The notes below the pieces were generated by a model that searched no databases, was not told the DNA's origin, and saw only the letters and a list, made by a program, of their open reading frames with translations. Of a stretch of DNA of 64,000 bases, positions 39,701 through 48,758 are shown one piece after another. The position numbers were made by a program, and so were the translations under genes. Source of the stretch: Prevotella sp. (lineage in GTDB: Bacteria > Bacteroidota > Bacteroidia > Bacteroidales > Bacteroidaceae); assembly GCA_017413085.1 (NCBI GenBank), contig JAFPVC010000036.1:18874-82873 (forward strand). Direction: 5' to 3'. Position 1 is the first letter of the stretch; the number at the start of each line of letters is the position of its first letter.

Positions 39701-42253
39701 CAGCGAACTACCCAGTTCCAATTTAAGATAGCTGCCACTGCTTCCGCCCAGTTTTATTTGAGAATTGGCTACCATATCCTGTGCACTGCTTTTACCATTA
39801 TATATAGAAGCAGTACCGCCCGTTGTCGTTGTGTATGCACTTAAACTCTGCGAACCGCCAGAAGCCAAGTTAAGGGTTTCACTGGATGTTACGTCAAGTG
39901 AGAACAATGTGGTTTCTGTAGTAACAGCATTTGCGGAGTTGAATATGAATCCGCACAGACGTCCCTTTGAACCAGCAAGAGAATAGGTATAGGTGCTTCC
40001 GGCTTTTACCTCAAACCGAATACCGCCACTCCAAGAGGAAGAACTTGGCAGGGTACCTCCAGCTGAAAGAGTAGTGGTGGTGAGCGCAGAAGAGGTAGTG
40101 CCATCAACGTCAACGAGAGTGGCACCTATCTGCGTTCCGTCTTCACAGACACAGATTGCTTTGCCTTTACCTACATTGTGCACGGCAAGTGTCAGTGTAC
40201 CGTCTTCCGTCGGTTCAAAAATCCAATAGCTGTTGCCTGTCGGCTTGCTCGTTGCCAAAGTAGTGCTTGTGCTGCCATTTGAACTTTCTGCTACCGCATA
40301 GTTAGAGAATGTTACGCCATCGATGGTGACGCCGGCACTGCCAGATGTCCAGTCGGTACAAGCACCATAAGTCATTGTAATGCCATTAACAGAAGCTATC
40401 TCTGCCAATGGTGCAGGGTCGCTGCTGTCAACGCAATAGGCATTCGTAACGCTGAATGATGTTACCTCGTATGATGTTACGCCAGAGGTTGTCTTTCCAC
40501 TGACTACGGCTATGGCCTTTACCGTGCATGCTGCATCAACGATAAAAGCCCCAGTGTACTGTGTGCTTGACGTTGTTGGCGTAGAGCCGTCGGTAGTATA
40601 ATATATCGTGGCATTACTCTCAATATCCGAGATTGTCACCTTACCCGTATTGCTGGCTGTAATGTATGGAGCCGTAGCCACAGTGCTGCTGATAGGCGAA
40701 ATTGCATTAGCGTCAAGCGGATAATACTCATTGAATGTTGCCGTAGCATCCGCGCGTTCTGCCTTTGTGATATTTTGCACGAGATAGTTGGCATACACCT
40801 CAAGGTCGGTATAGAAGCCATATTGGTCGAGAGTGTATGTAGCAGCATTGTTTACTGAGTTGTCCAGTCCGTGTGCTGTCTCCCATTCGTCAGGTATTCC
40901 ATCCTGGTCGGTGTCTGTGCTTGCAGAACCACTGTATGTTGGCCATCCGCCCACATCGCTCTGAGTATCAATAAGACCATTGGTAGAACCGTTGCTACCA
41001 CCGTATGTGGCTGTGCCTTTGGTTGCTTCTGTAGCTATACGTGTGTCAACAGCATCACGGCTGAGGCTTGCACCGGCATATGCCACGGTTTTCGTAAAGG
41101 CATTGTCGGCAGAGTGCAGAGAGATGGTGTTGTAAGCGCCGAAGTCATTGTCGCTTGATGTATAGCGACTATTGCTGAGACAGTTGGATGCAAACGAACT
41201 GAAGCTGTAGCCACTGTTCATCGTAATGTTGCTGCTGCTTGTAGATGACGTAGTCAGGCTGACGGTAGTACCGTTCACCTTATTGCCGTTGATATAGAAC
41301 TTGCCTGGCACCACGTCAGTCGGGGAGGGTTTATTGCAGTTTTCGCAGCTGGTTGTAGGGTTAAGCAGACGGTTATAACTTGATTTAGTAAGTGTATATG
41401 GTCCCGGCTTGTAGTAGTTGTTTACCATATTGAACTTCTTCGGTTCAAGTCCTGGTTTGTTCTCACCGCCGTATGTGGAGTTACCTCCCCAGTTATACAC
41501 CACGTTGTTTATATAGTCAACTACTCCAGCCAGTTCCGACACATAGCCGTGGTCGAAGCGTGGGTTACGCGAGTCGTGGTGAGCCAACAGATTATGGTGG
41601 AAGGCAGCCTTCTTGCCACCCCAGATGCCACCGTAACCGTGGCTGCCCTTGTCGTGCACGGAGTTACGAAGGGATTCTGACAGTATGCACCACTGCAGTG
41701 TGAAGTTCTCATTGCCATAGAACGAGCCGCACTCGTCCACACACCATGATACGGAGCAGTGGTCGATGATGATGTTCTGTTTCTCTTCACCTGTCTGATG
41801 ACTTGCCGACATGGCATCGTTCTCGTTCAGAGCAGTGTCGCCCATGCGACAGCGAATGTAACGTACGATGACGTTGTTGGCATTGATGTGGAAAGTATAG
41901 TTCCTGAGGCAGATGCCGTCGCCCGGTGCCGTCTGTCCCAGTATGGTGCAGTTGTCCTTCTCTATCTTCAGGTCCGACTGCAGTTCTATTATGCCGGCCA
42001 CGTCGAACACGATGATGCGTGCTCCATCTGTATTTATTGCTTTACGCAGAGAACCTTCGCCATCGTCGTTGAGGTTTGTCACATGGATTACCTGTCCGCC
42101 GCGTCCACCGGTGGTGTAGCGACCGAAGCCTTCAGCACCCGGGAATGCCGGAGCAGACAAAAACTGCGCCCACAACACTTGGGTACTAAACATAAAGAGC
42201 ACCAGCATAATAATTGCCGGCATACGGTGAAAGAAACGTCTATGTAGTTTCAT
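36755..42253 (-). CDS. Multimodular pectate lyase (PL1) plus pectin methylesterase (CE8), T9SS cargo
   Basis: AFPGAEGFG, TTGGRGG, IIDHCS and SRNPR (PL1); IYYTTDGSTPT (Fn3-associated/CHB_HEX-like); YQDT, GRTDYICG and LGRPW (CE8); IYNLNGVRV..PGIYV CTD. Confidence 0.92.
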   Translation of the reverse strand: MKLHRRFFHRMPAIIMLVLFMFSTQVLWAQFLSAPAFPGAEGFGRYTTGGRGGQVIHVTNLNDDGEGSLRKAINTDGARIIVFDVAGIIELQSDLKIEKDNCTILGQTAPGDGICLRNYTFHINANNVIVRYIRCRMGDTALNENDAMSASHQTGEEKQNIIIDHCSVSWCVDECGSFYGNENFTLQWCILSESLRNSVHDKGSHGYGGIWGGKKAAFHHNLLAHHDSRNPRFDHGYVSELAGVVDYINNVVYNWGGNSTYGGENKPGLEPKKFNMVNNYYKPGPYTLTKSSYNRLLNPTTSCENCNKPSPTDVVPGKFYINGNKVNGTTVSLTTSSTSSSNITMNSGYSFSSFASNCLSNSRYTSSDNDFGAYNTISLHSADNAFTKTVAYAGASLSRDAVDTRIATEATKGTATYGGSNGSTNGLIDTQSDVGGWPTYSGSASTDTDQDGIPDEWETAHGLDNSVNNAATYTLDQYGFYTDLEVYANYLVQNITKAERADATATFNEYYPLDANAISPISSTVATAPYITASNTGKVTISDIESNATIYYTTDGSTPTTSSTQYTGAFIVDAACTVKAIAVVSGKTTSGVTSYEVTSFSVTNAYCVDSSDPAPLAEIASVNGITMTYGACTDWTSGSAGVTIDGVTFSNYAVAESSNGSTSTTLATSKPTGNSYWIFEPTEDGTLTLAVHNVGKGKAICVCEDGTQIGATLVDVDGTTSSALTTTTLSAGGTLPSSSSWSGGIRFEVKAGSTYTYSLAGSKGRLCGFIFNSANAVTTETTLFSLDVTSSETLNLASGGSQSLSAYTTTTGGTASIYNGKSSAQDMVANSQIKLGGSSGSYLKLELGSSLKAGDVISISTAGAWKLASTNSNSGAITVTTPYTITGTESAALVNKNTLYIYKTGTSGDPTSITSVAITRTTTSSGGGSSETTTIDGTETTPTQSSSGVAITGYSYSIASNLNGGQGNSSQAFKLRTQSTSFDINVNENYTINSMTLTGATNYAYDVVVTGVYVDGGSTNLLANNVTFPSDKSINSFSVSNLNAKSKITVTYNQTSCSQLNTTITFGYSYEVQPITLSSSEKSSSRNGLIKLTYNNPLSTSITPTATLGTTTLTGFVDGNVLSFAYSNLDYDTSYNFALAANTVTDAYGQTYGNATNLTLTTAARATATKKGYDAVVSNVSELSAAISTANATNTSTSAERYRILVLPGTFTMPASTTTQKEVTLTYSDNSSSNASYYDIITYLTAHNVSIVGLDNSTTTITNTPPGTYEGKYGTTCIAEGIGNGDVLQLSGNNTYFQDIKIASAMGDGRGRDIAVQDKGNFTIFKNTYLYGYQDTYTNNKGSGRSYFEGGVIRGRTDYICGKADIWYEGVTFAQIYGGYLAVPSTPKEYGWVMNNCRIVAESSTAVSGTVDGNYTLGRPWGQGTPVALWINTTMEAKPSSIGWSEMSGGWPKRFAEYNSVDANNNAISLSGRKTTFNTSYTNTPVLTASEAAYYSRSRVMGSTDGWDPTEYTEQCDAPVLTLSGSTLSWTADDYASSWVVFKDGVYYANPTTNSLALTEKGTYTVRAANIMGGLGATSNAVAYTVSVISLVDGDDYTQDVDVDYDVITYTKSISSTLAGKWTALYLPFSFEVSDYTSQFDLAEIYNFCPVSDTNNDGQVTEDDDVTLVLRRKTTGQTVANVPYLIRANSAGTLTITADNATLRAAEAGYVSFSTSKATYTVTGVNTAVAATPENGYYYMATNGKLSYRTTGSATIKANRWYLTIAGDNFQSAGAKPTSIGTFIIDEDVVTGVNNVKAGRGNSDEIYNLNGVRVTRASKPGIYVRNNKKIII

Positions 42254-42443
42254 AATCTGTTTTTAAGTAGTTAGCCTTTAAGATTGATTGTATTTCAAAC
42301 GGCAAAGTTAATAATTTTATATAAAACATGCAAGAACTTTGCCAACAAATCTCTACTCAAAAAGACAGATAAAGGAAAAAAGCCGACTAAACGAACAAAA
42401 AGACAACAGATTATACAGAAAACAAAAAACTATGAGTTTGCTA

Positions 42444-42770
42444 CTACTCATAGTTTTCACGACCTATATTCTTCTCAGTGCTGAGCACAAAGACATCCTC
42501 GTCGGCACGCTTCATCTTATACCGCTCACGTGCTATGGTCTCAACACCTTTAAGACTGGCCTCAAAGTTGTGCAGGCGTATGGAGTCGCGTTCAAACTGC
42601 TCTTCATACGCCTGCAGTTCTTCGTTTTTCTCATTAAGCCGCATAGACAGCATTACCAGCGAACGCACACTGTTCTCATCGACTACACCGACGAGAACCG
42701 CTCCTATTACAACAGTGATAAGATACTTGTGGCGAGACAGGTAATACCATATATTATTTATGCGACCCAT
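42444..42770 (-). CDS. Septum formation initiator (FtsB/DivIC-like)
   Basis: Single TM, coiled coil, ETIARERYKMKRADEDVF. Confidence 0.85.
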   Translation of the reverse strand: MGRINNIWYYLSRHKYLITVVIGAVLVGVVDENSVRSLVMLSMRLNEKNEELQAYEEQFERDSIRLHNFEASLKGVETIARERYKMKRADEDVFVLSTEKNIGRENYE

Positions 42771-42792
42771 TTATCAATTCATTACGAATCAA

Positions 42793-43728
42793 TTATATAA
42801 TGTACTGCGATGATATGCTCTCGTTATTAATAACCCTGCGGATAGTCTCGGCAAACATATCGGCCACGCTGAGCTGCTTAACCTTGGCACAACGCTGGGC
42901 ATAAGGTATAGAGTCCGTAAACACTATCTCCTCAAGTGCCGATGCCTGCACACGCTCACTGGCCGGACCTGACATGACACAGTGGCTGGCAACGGCCCTG
43001 ACAGAGCGTGCTCCTGCCTCCTTCATAATGTCAGCAGCCTTGGTGATGGTGCCGGCGGTGTCAACCATGTCGTCAACAATCACAACATCCTTGTCCTTCA
43101 CGTCGCCGATTATCTGCATCTCCGCCACCACGTTTGCACGGGCACGTGTCTTGTTACACAGCACGAGCGGACAGTCAAGATACTTGGCAAAGCTCTTTGC
43201 ACGCTTTGCGCCACCAACATCAGGCGAAGCAATAACGAGGTTCTCCAGTTTCAGGCTTGCCAGATAAGGCAGTATGACACCTGAGCCGTATAGATGGTCT
43301 ACAGGCACATCAAAGAAGCCCTGTATCTGGTCAGCATGCAAATCCATGGTAATCAACCTGTCGATACCGGCCACGCTGAGCAGGTCGGCCACAAGCTTCG
43401 CACCTATTGACACACGCGGTTTGTCCTTGCGGTCCTGACGTGCCCAACCGAAATAAGGTATTACGGCATTGATGGTACGAGCCGACGCACGCTTGGCTGC
43501 ATCAATCATCAGCAGCAGTTCCATCAGGTTGTCAGAACTTGGGAAAGTGCTCTGCACAAGGAATATGTCGCGTCCGCGGATGCTCTCTTCAAAGCTTACG
43601 GCAAATTCGCCATCGCTGAAGCGTGTCATTACGAGGTTACCAAGCGGACAGCCGAGGCTGGCGCAGATTTTCTCGGCAAGGTAGCGCGTTGCCGTGCCGG
43701 AGAATACAAGGAAAGAATCTTTTTCCAT
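42793..43728 (-). CDS. prs: Ribose-phosphate pyrophosphokinase
   Basis: FSDGE, PYFGWARQDRK, DLHADQIQGFF and VDDMVDTAGT motifs. Confidence 0.97.
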   Translation of the reverse strand: MEKDSFLVFSGTATRYLAEKICASLGCPLGNLVMTRFSDGEFAVSFEESIRGRDIFLVQSTFPSSDNLMELLLMIDAAKRASARTINAVIPYFGWARQDRKDKPRVSIGAKLVADLLSVAGIDRLITMDLHADQIQGFFDVPVDHLYGSGVILPYLASLKLENLVIASPDVGGAKRAKSFAKYLDCPLVLCNKTRARANVVAEMQIIGDVKDKDVVIVDDMVDTAGTITKAADIMKEAGARSVRAVASHCVMSGPASERVQASALEEIVFTDSIPYAQRCAKVKQLSVADMFAETIRRVINNESISSQYII

Positions 43729-43811
43729 TTACAGCGTTTATATATTAGCTTAAATTATTTTTTATTATACCAATTATCACGAATGAAGAGCCATGAAAGA
43801 CTACGCATGTG

Positions 43812-44417
43812 TCACCCCACAGCCTTGCGCAGTTTGCGGAAATGCTCGATAATGCCGCGGAAGTCCACTTCCTGATGTATGCAGAAGCGATCCCACAGGT
43901 CGCCACAGATTACCACGCCACCGAATCCATATTCCTTTGCCACGTGGATATTCTCAAGTGCCATGCCCCCGAGAGCATACACATGACGGTCTATCAGTCC
44001 TGCCTTGCGCGCCGCGCGCAACTGCTCATCGGTGAGAGAGGCGCGCCTGCCGCCATGCAGAGAATCGAAGAGAGAATGAAGCATGACATAGTCACACTGT
44101 TTCTTCATCTCCTTCAGGTCGGCCACGTTAGAGGTGCTGCGCGAAACATGCTTGCGAAAGCCATCAGGCACCCTGTCGCCAGGATTGTCTAAATGAATGC
44201 CACGCAGGTCATATTCGTTTTTCAGAAAATAGTTCTGGTGTACCACTATGCGGTCACGGCGGCGTGCCGGCAACAGTGTCAGCAGTCGTTCAGCATACTC
44301 TATGTCGCTATCTGCCTTATTGATATGCAGCATGTCCATACCCTCATCAAAGAGTGCCGACAGTATCTTGTCTTCCTCCACGAAATACGTGGGCTGGGTC
44401 ATTATAATCAGTTTCAC
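43812..44417 (-). CDS. Thiamine-phosphate synthase-like (TenI/ThiE family) protein
   Basis: GIHL, YALGG and GFGGVV TIM-barrel motifs; probable GTG start (VKLIIMT). Confidence 0.75.
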   Translation of the reverse strand: MKLIIMTQPTYFVEEDKILSALFDEGMDMLHINKADSDIEYAERLLTLLPARRRDRIVVHQNYFLKNEYDLRGIHLDNPGDRVPDGFRKHVSRSTSNVADLKEMKKQCDYVMLHSLFDSLHGGRRASLTDEQLRAARKAGLIDRHVYALGGMALENIHVAKEYGFGGVVICGDLWDRFCIHQEVDFRGIIEHFRKLRKAVG

Positions 44418-44516
44418 GACTGCAAAATTAAACAAAAAATGTTAATCCTGCAATTTTCTCGAATATAAAAGTTAACTTTGCACTGTTTTTTTAAAAATAA
44501 TTATGAATTGCGAATT

Positions 44517-45671
44517 ATGAATTATGAATTGATACACCGTCCCACCTACGTGCTTGAAGAAGACCGCCTGCGCCGCAACTTGTCATTGATACAGAGCGTG
44601 AGCCAGCGCTCTGGTGCAGAGATAATACTGGCCTTTAAGGCATACGCCCTGTGGAAGACATTCCCAATATTCCGTGAATACATCAGCGCCACCACGGCAA
44701 GTTCTCTGTATGAGGCACAGCTTGCATTCGAGGAATTTGGTTCGCCAGCCCACACCTACTCACCTGCATACAACGACTATGAGATTGACGACATAGCGTG
44801 CATGAGCAGCCACCTCACGTTCAACTCGCTCTCGCAGTACAGCCGCTACCACCAGCGCGCCACGGAGGCAAACCCCGAATTGAAGTTCGGACTGCGTATC
44901 AACCCGCAGTATTCTGAGGTTGAGACCTTGCTCTACAATCCCTGCGCACCCGGCACGCGATTCGGCATACGCGCCACGGCACTACCCGACAAATTGCCCG
45001 AAGGCATCAGCGGGTTGCACTGCCACTGCCACTGCGAAAGCGGCAGCGACGTGTTCCAGCGTTCACTCGCCCACATAGAAGATAAATTCTCACGATGGTT
45101 TCCGCAGATTCAGTGGGTAAACTTCGGCGGCGGACATCTAATGACGCGCAGCGACTACGACGTGGAACTGCTGATACGACTGATACAGGACTTCCGCCGC
45201 CGCTATCCTTGGCTCAAGGTCATACTGGAGCCTGGCAGTGCCTTTGCATGGCAGACTGGCCCGCTCGTAGCTCAGGTGGTTGACATCGTGGAGGACGGCG
45301 GAATAAAGACTGCCATACTCAATGTGTCGTTCACATGTCACATGCCCGACTGCCTTGAGATGCCGTACATGCCGCAGGTACGCGGAGCAAGGACTATCGA
45401 AGGAATGGACGAAGTGAGTACCGAAGGATTCACATACCGTCTCGGCGGTTGCAGTTGCCTGAGCGGCGACTTCATGGGACTCTGGCAGTTTGACCACGAG
45501 TTGCAGGTTGGCGAGAACATCATCCTTGAAGACATGCTGCACTATACCACCGTAAAAACAAATATGTTCAACGGCATCAGTCACCCCGACATCGCCCTGC
45601 TATGCTCTGACGGCACACTCAAAACCCTGCGCCGCTACACCTACGAAGACTACCGCGACCGCATGGACTGA
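44517..45671 (+). CDS. nspC: Carboxynorspermidine decarboxylase
   Basis: LAFKAY PLP-lysine, YNPCAPGTRFG, NFGGGH, ILEPG, HMPDCLEMPY and CLSGD. Confidence 0.92.
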   Translation: MNYELIHRPTYVLEEDRLRRNLSLIQSVSQRSGAEIILAFKAYALWKTFPIFREYISATTASSLYEAQLAFEEFGSPAHTYSPAYNDYEIDDIACMSSHLTFNSLSQYSRYHQRATEANPELKFGLRINPQYSEVETLLYNPCAPGTRFGIRATALPDKLPEGISGLHCHCHCESGSDVFQRSLAHIEDKFSRWFPQIQWVNFGGGHLMTRSDYDVELLIRLIQDFRRRYPWLKVILEPGSAFAWQTGPLVAQVVDIVEDGGIKTAILNVSFTCHMPDCLEMPYMPQVRGARTIEGMDEVSTEGFTYRLGGCSCLSGDFMGLWQFDHELQVGENIILEDMLHYTTVKTNMFNGISHPDIALLCSDGTLKTLRRYTYEDYRDRMD

Positions 45672-45788
45672 TTACACAATGACACTTTTTTGCCCGTTTT
45701 GCTTACACAATGACTTTTTGAAACAGTCGTCCGCGCCGTGCAATCTGGAGATTTCTGCACAGCGAAAACACGGTTTAAACATGAAAAA

Positions 45789-45835
45789 AACGAAAAACCG
45801 CAGCAAGTTTTGTGGACTTGCTGCGGTTTTTCGTT
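45789..45835. terminator. Long perfect hairpin, probably a bidirectional terminator
   Basis: aacgaaaaaccgcagcaagt / acttgctgcggtttttcgtt 20-bp stem between convergent genes. Confidence 0.75.
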
Positions 45836-45944
45836 GTAATCAGTATGCTCTTACACTGCAATCAGCACTCGATTAGATTGTAATTAGGTTGCGATTACAT
45901 GGTAATTAGGCCTCGATTACAGTGTAATTAGGCCCCAATTACAG
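45835..45944. repeat. Five tandem 22-bp quasi-palindromic units (TGTAATyAG....CGATTACA)
   Basis: tgtaatcagtatgctcttacac / tgcaatcagcactcgattagat / tgtaattaggttgcgattacat / ggtaattaggcctcgattacag / tgtaattaggccccaattacag. Confidence 0.85.
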
Positions 45945-46156
45945 TGCCTAAAAAACGTCCTAAAACCTAACTACTTATCAAACAATATGTTGACAATCCC
46001 CTCCATATTTCCACTGTACGAAACTGTGGGAAAGTTTTTTTCAAATACGCGAGTATTTCGGCGGTATGCAAAATCACAGTGTCACGATAACTGCCGTTTC
46101 TGTGACACTGTGATATGTGTGGCACTTATGTCCTCGGTTTTGGCATTACCACCATC

Positions 46157-46495
46157 TCACCTTTCCGTTCTCGAAGTTGAAATTACCCGTTTGAACCCTT
46201 TGTTCTGCACGGCATATACGCTGTCGGCAAGACTGTATATCAGCGGTTCACACTGCGGATAGACGGTCTGGTGCTCAATGGAGGTCAGCCTGTTGTAGTA
46301 TTCGTCCTGCAACTCACTGCGCACCGTGCTGTGGTAAGTCATATTGTCAAGCAGCCACGCCGTCGCGCGTTGCTTCTCCGCGTCATTAGAGTAGTGCTCC
46401 GTCAGTGTGCGCCTAAGCTCTGCCAGTTTGTCTTGGGCGCACATAGGCAGTATCGCCGTCAATGTAATGACAGCGAGTAGTATTGTCTTTCGCAT
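46157..46495 (-). pseudogene. Truncated N-terminus of a larger secreted Bacteroidales protein
   Basis: Signal peptide then HYSNDAEKQRATAWLLDNMTYH, which I recall as the start of much longer transglutaminase/discoidin-type proteins; ORF stops after 112 aa. Confidence 0.55.
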
Positions 46496-46567
46496 GATTT
46501 TGTTTGGTTACATGGTTATTCCATCAACCACGGCTGGCAACATGCGTGGCTGATGGAATTAAACTAA

Positions 46568-46996
46568 TCATTTGATTTTTTTGTATGGAATGTCCCCTGG
46601 TGTGACCCCGGAACGCGCTGGGCGATGTATAACCATCATTCCTCTCTTTGAGTCAAACTGCTTTATTACGACATAGGCAAAAGTGTTCAAGACAGAATTA
46701 TATGATATTATATATTTCCCCCTTGTTGATTTCCCCACCCTTGAGTGTTCAAAGGATGACGGGATATAGTCCGAAAGGTAATATTTGTTCTGAACTGATG
46801 CCTCCCTCCCAGAAGTTTTAAATGTCGTAGTCGTTTTTCTGTAGGAATTGGTATATTCCGTTATGGTTTGGAAGAAATCATTTCCTGTTTCTGTTATTTT
46901 CCATTTTGTTCCCGACAAGTCCTTTAGAGAGACTGATACCTGAGAATAGCAGGAAACAGTGCAAAATATCAGGAATGTAAAAAATAATCTGTTCAT
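46568..46996 (-). CDS. Secreted hypothetical protein (lipocalin-like start)
   Basis: Signal peptide; LSGTKWK motif; AT-rich. Confidence 0.7.
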   Translation of the reverse strand: MNRLFFTFLIFCTVSCYSQVSVSLKDLSGTKWKITETGNDFFQTITEYTNSYRKTTTTFKTSGREASVQNKYYLSDYIPSSFEHSRVGKSTRGKYIISYNSVLNTFAYVVIKQFDSKRGMMVIHRPARSGVTPGDIPYKKIK

Positions 46997-47160
46997 ATAT
47001 ATCTAAAAGTTAAGTTTTGAACCCTTGTAAATATGGATGGGATAATCATGTATCGCCGTCAGCATGATGGCGAGTAGTATTGTCTTTCGCATAATTTCTT
47101 TTTGATGTTTCCTCCAAGCGCGTCTTTTGAGCTTGGAGGAATTTAGTTACTTTTTTCTTA

Positions 47161-47913
47161 CTATTGTTTTTTGTTCAGTCGAACTATAAAACCATCTATA
47201 AGGTATACATATGAAGTGTTGTGTTTTTTTCTAAATTCATGTTGTGTTGCATACTGATTGTATGGTATCTTTTTTTTATTATACCAAATGTAATCAATAA
47301 ATTCCACATCATATAATTCAAATATACTCCTTAAATCCTTTGCCAATGTTGTTTTTTCCATTGCAAGAGGAAAAATACCTGACTCCTCATCAGGCTTAAC
47401 CTTTTTTACGCTGTCGCATAATTCTGTAATATCAACATTCAATTCACCCAAATCCTCAAAACCAAATAACAAATGAGCAAAATCTTTCACACCTATTTTG
47501 GTTTCACATATAAAGGCTAAAAAACGGAGTATGTCGATTTGTTCTTTGTATGTGGTTTTATGTGGTTTAACATTAGGGTCTTTGGGGTTTATTCGTTCTT
47601 GCTTTACTAACCTTTGATAATCACAATCCACTTTCATAGGATCACCTTGAAAAAAGAATACTGCACAGCAATTATCTTTACCCTTTTCAATTCGTAAATG
47701 CACATCTAATGGTTCTCCATTTATCGTAGGAAGCAAATAGATGATATCTTTTCCCATTTTAGACTCTATTTCATTAGGGTTTAGATTATACGTATTGAAC
47801 ATTATTTCATAATCAAAGAATTGTTGTTCCTCATTCGTACTATAACATTTGTAATCCGCAGAGCAAGATGCAATGAAAAGAAGTGAGACTATTATTTGCA
47901 AAATTATTTTCAT
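47161..47913 (-). CDS. AT-rich hypothetical lipoprotein, candidate immunity/partner protein
   Basis: MKIILQIIVSLLFIASC lipobox; starts 4 nt after the stop of the JAB-like gene. Confidence 0.7.
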   Translation of the reverse strand: MKIILQIIVSLLFIASCSADYKCYSTNEEQQFFDYEIMFNTYNLNPNEIESKMGKDIIYLLPTINGEPLDVHLRIEKGKDNCCAVFFFQGDPMKVDCDYQRLVKQERINPKDPNVKPHKTTYKEQIDILRFLAFICETKIGVKDFAHLLFGFEDLGELNVDITELCDSVKKVKPDEESGIFPLAMEKTTLAKDLRSIFELYDVEFIDYIWYNKKKIPYNQYATQHEFRKKHNTSYVYLIDGFIVRLNKKQ

Positions 47914-47917
47914 CTTT

Positions 47918-48700
47918 TTAGTATATAATAAGATCCCAATCACGAGTGTTATTTATATTAACTTCATATAAATGGCCATTTGACGATACAATATAAATCT
48001 TACGTAGATTTAAATTTCTAGCCGCTTTTTTATCCTCTACACTTACATATAAAGGATTTTCTTTGTTTCCAAAATCTATGTAAGGGTGAGTATGATAATA
48101 GTTGGTTATCATTTCTCCAAGAAAACAAGGTACACCATTTATTTTGTCATAATAGAGATTTGAAGAGTTCCACGTATTGCCGACATCCTTATAAACAACA
48201 AAATTTCCATCTGCAAGGGAAACAGCGGCAGTTTCAGTTCCTGTCGCACGTGTTCTTGACTGTAGAAGTTTTACCACTCTCCGTATTGTGGTGTCGTAAT
48301 CTCCATTTGTCTTAACAACTAAATGTTGAGTGCTTAATCTTGATGTATCATACTTGGACAAAGGAATGCCATTAGGCCCTCCATATCCTACTGTGGCTGA
48401 TGACATGCTGTAACTATTATAATCATCATAGCCATATTGGTAGCGAGTACCGTCTTGAAATACCACCTCCTGCGAGAAATCGCCGTAGTCGCTGAAGTCA
48501 TTGAATTCGTAGCTGTCTTCGTCATACACCACAGTGTAGATGTCAGCATTGCTCGCCTGTGCCTTGCACCATATACCTGTGCTCTGGCTCGTGCATGAGG
48601 TGTTGCTGCCGTAACTCTCGTTGCCGTAGCTCTGGGCTGCGACTTCCACCACCGGCAGCAAAGTTAGCAATAATACTGCTAATGACAAAATCTTTTTCAT
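47918..48700 (-). CDS. Secreted protein with C-terminal JAB/MPN-like domain
   Basis: Sec signal peptide; E(TAAV)...YYHTHP...SVED metal-binding pattern. Confidence 0.65.
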   Translation of the reverse strand: MKKILSLAVLLLTLLPVVEVAAQSYGNESYGSNTSCTSQSTGIWCKAQASNADIYTVVYDEDSYEFNDFSDYGDFSQEVVFQDGTRYQYGYDDYNSYSMSSATVGYGGPNGIPLSKYDTSRLSTQHLVVKTNGDYDTTIRRVVKLLQSRTRATGTETAAVSLADGNFVVYKDVGNTWNSSNLYYDKINGVPCFLGEMITNYYHTHPYIDFGNKENPLYVSVEDKKAARNLNLRKIYIVSSNGHLYEVNINNTRDWDLIIY

Positions 48701-48758
48701 TCCGCACCTCCTTTTTTAACAATTATTGTGCGAAATACCTGCTTTCCTGCGGAAATGT

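Noticed and set aside
45956-45998. Possible dif/att-like site (cctaactacttatcaaacaatatgtt)
   Set aside because: Only vague resemblance to Xer-type sites; no integrase or matching second site could be verified by eye
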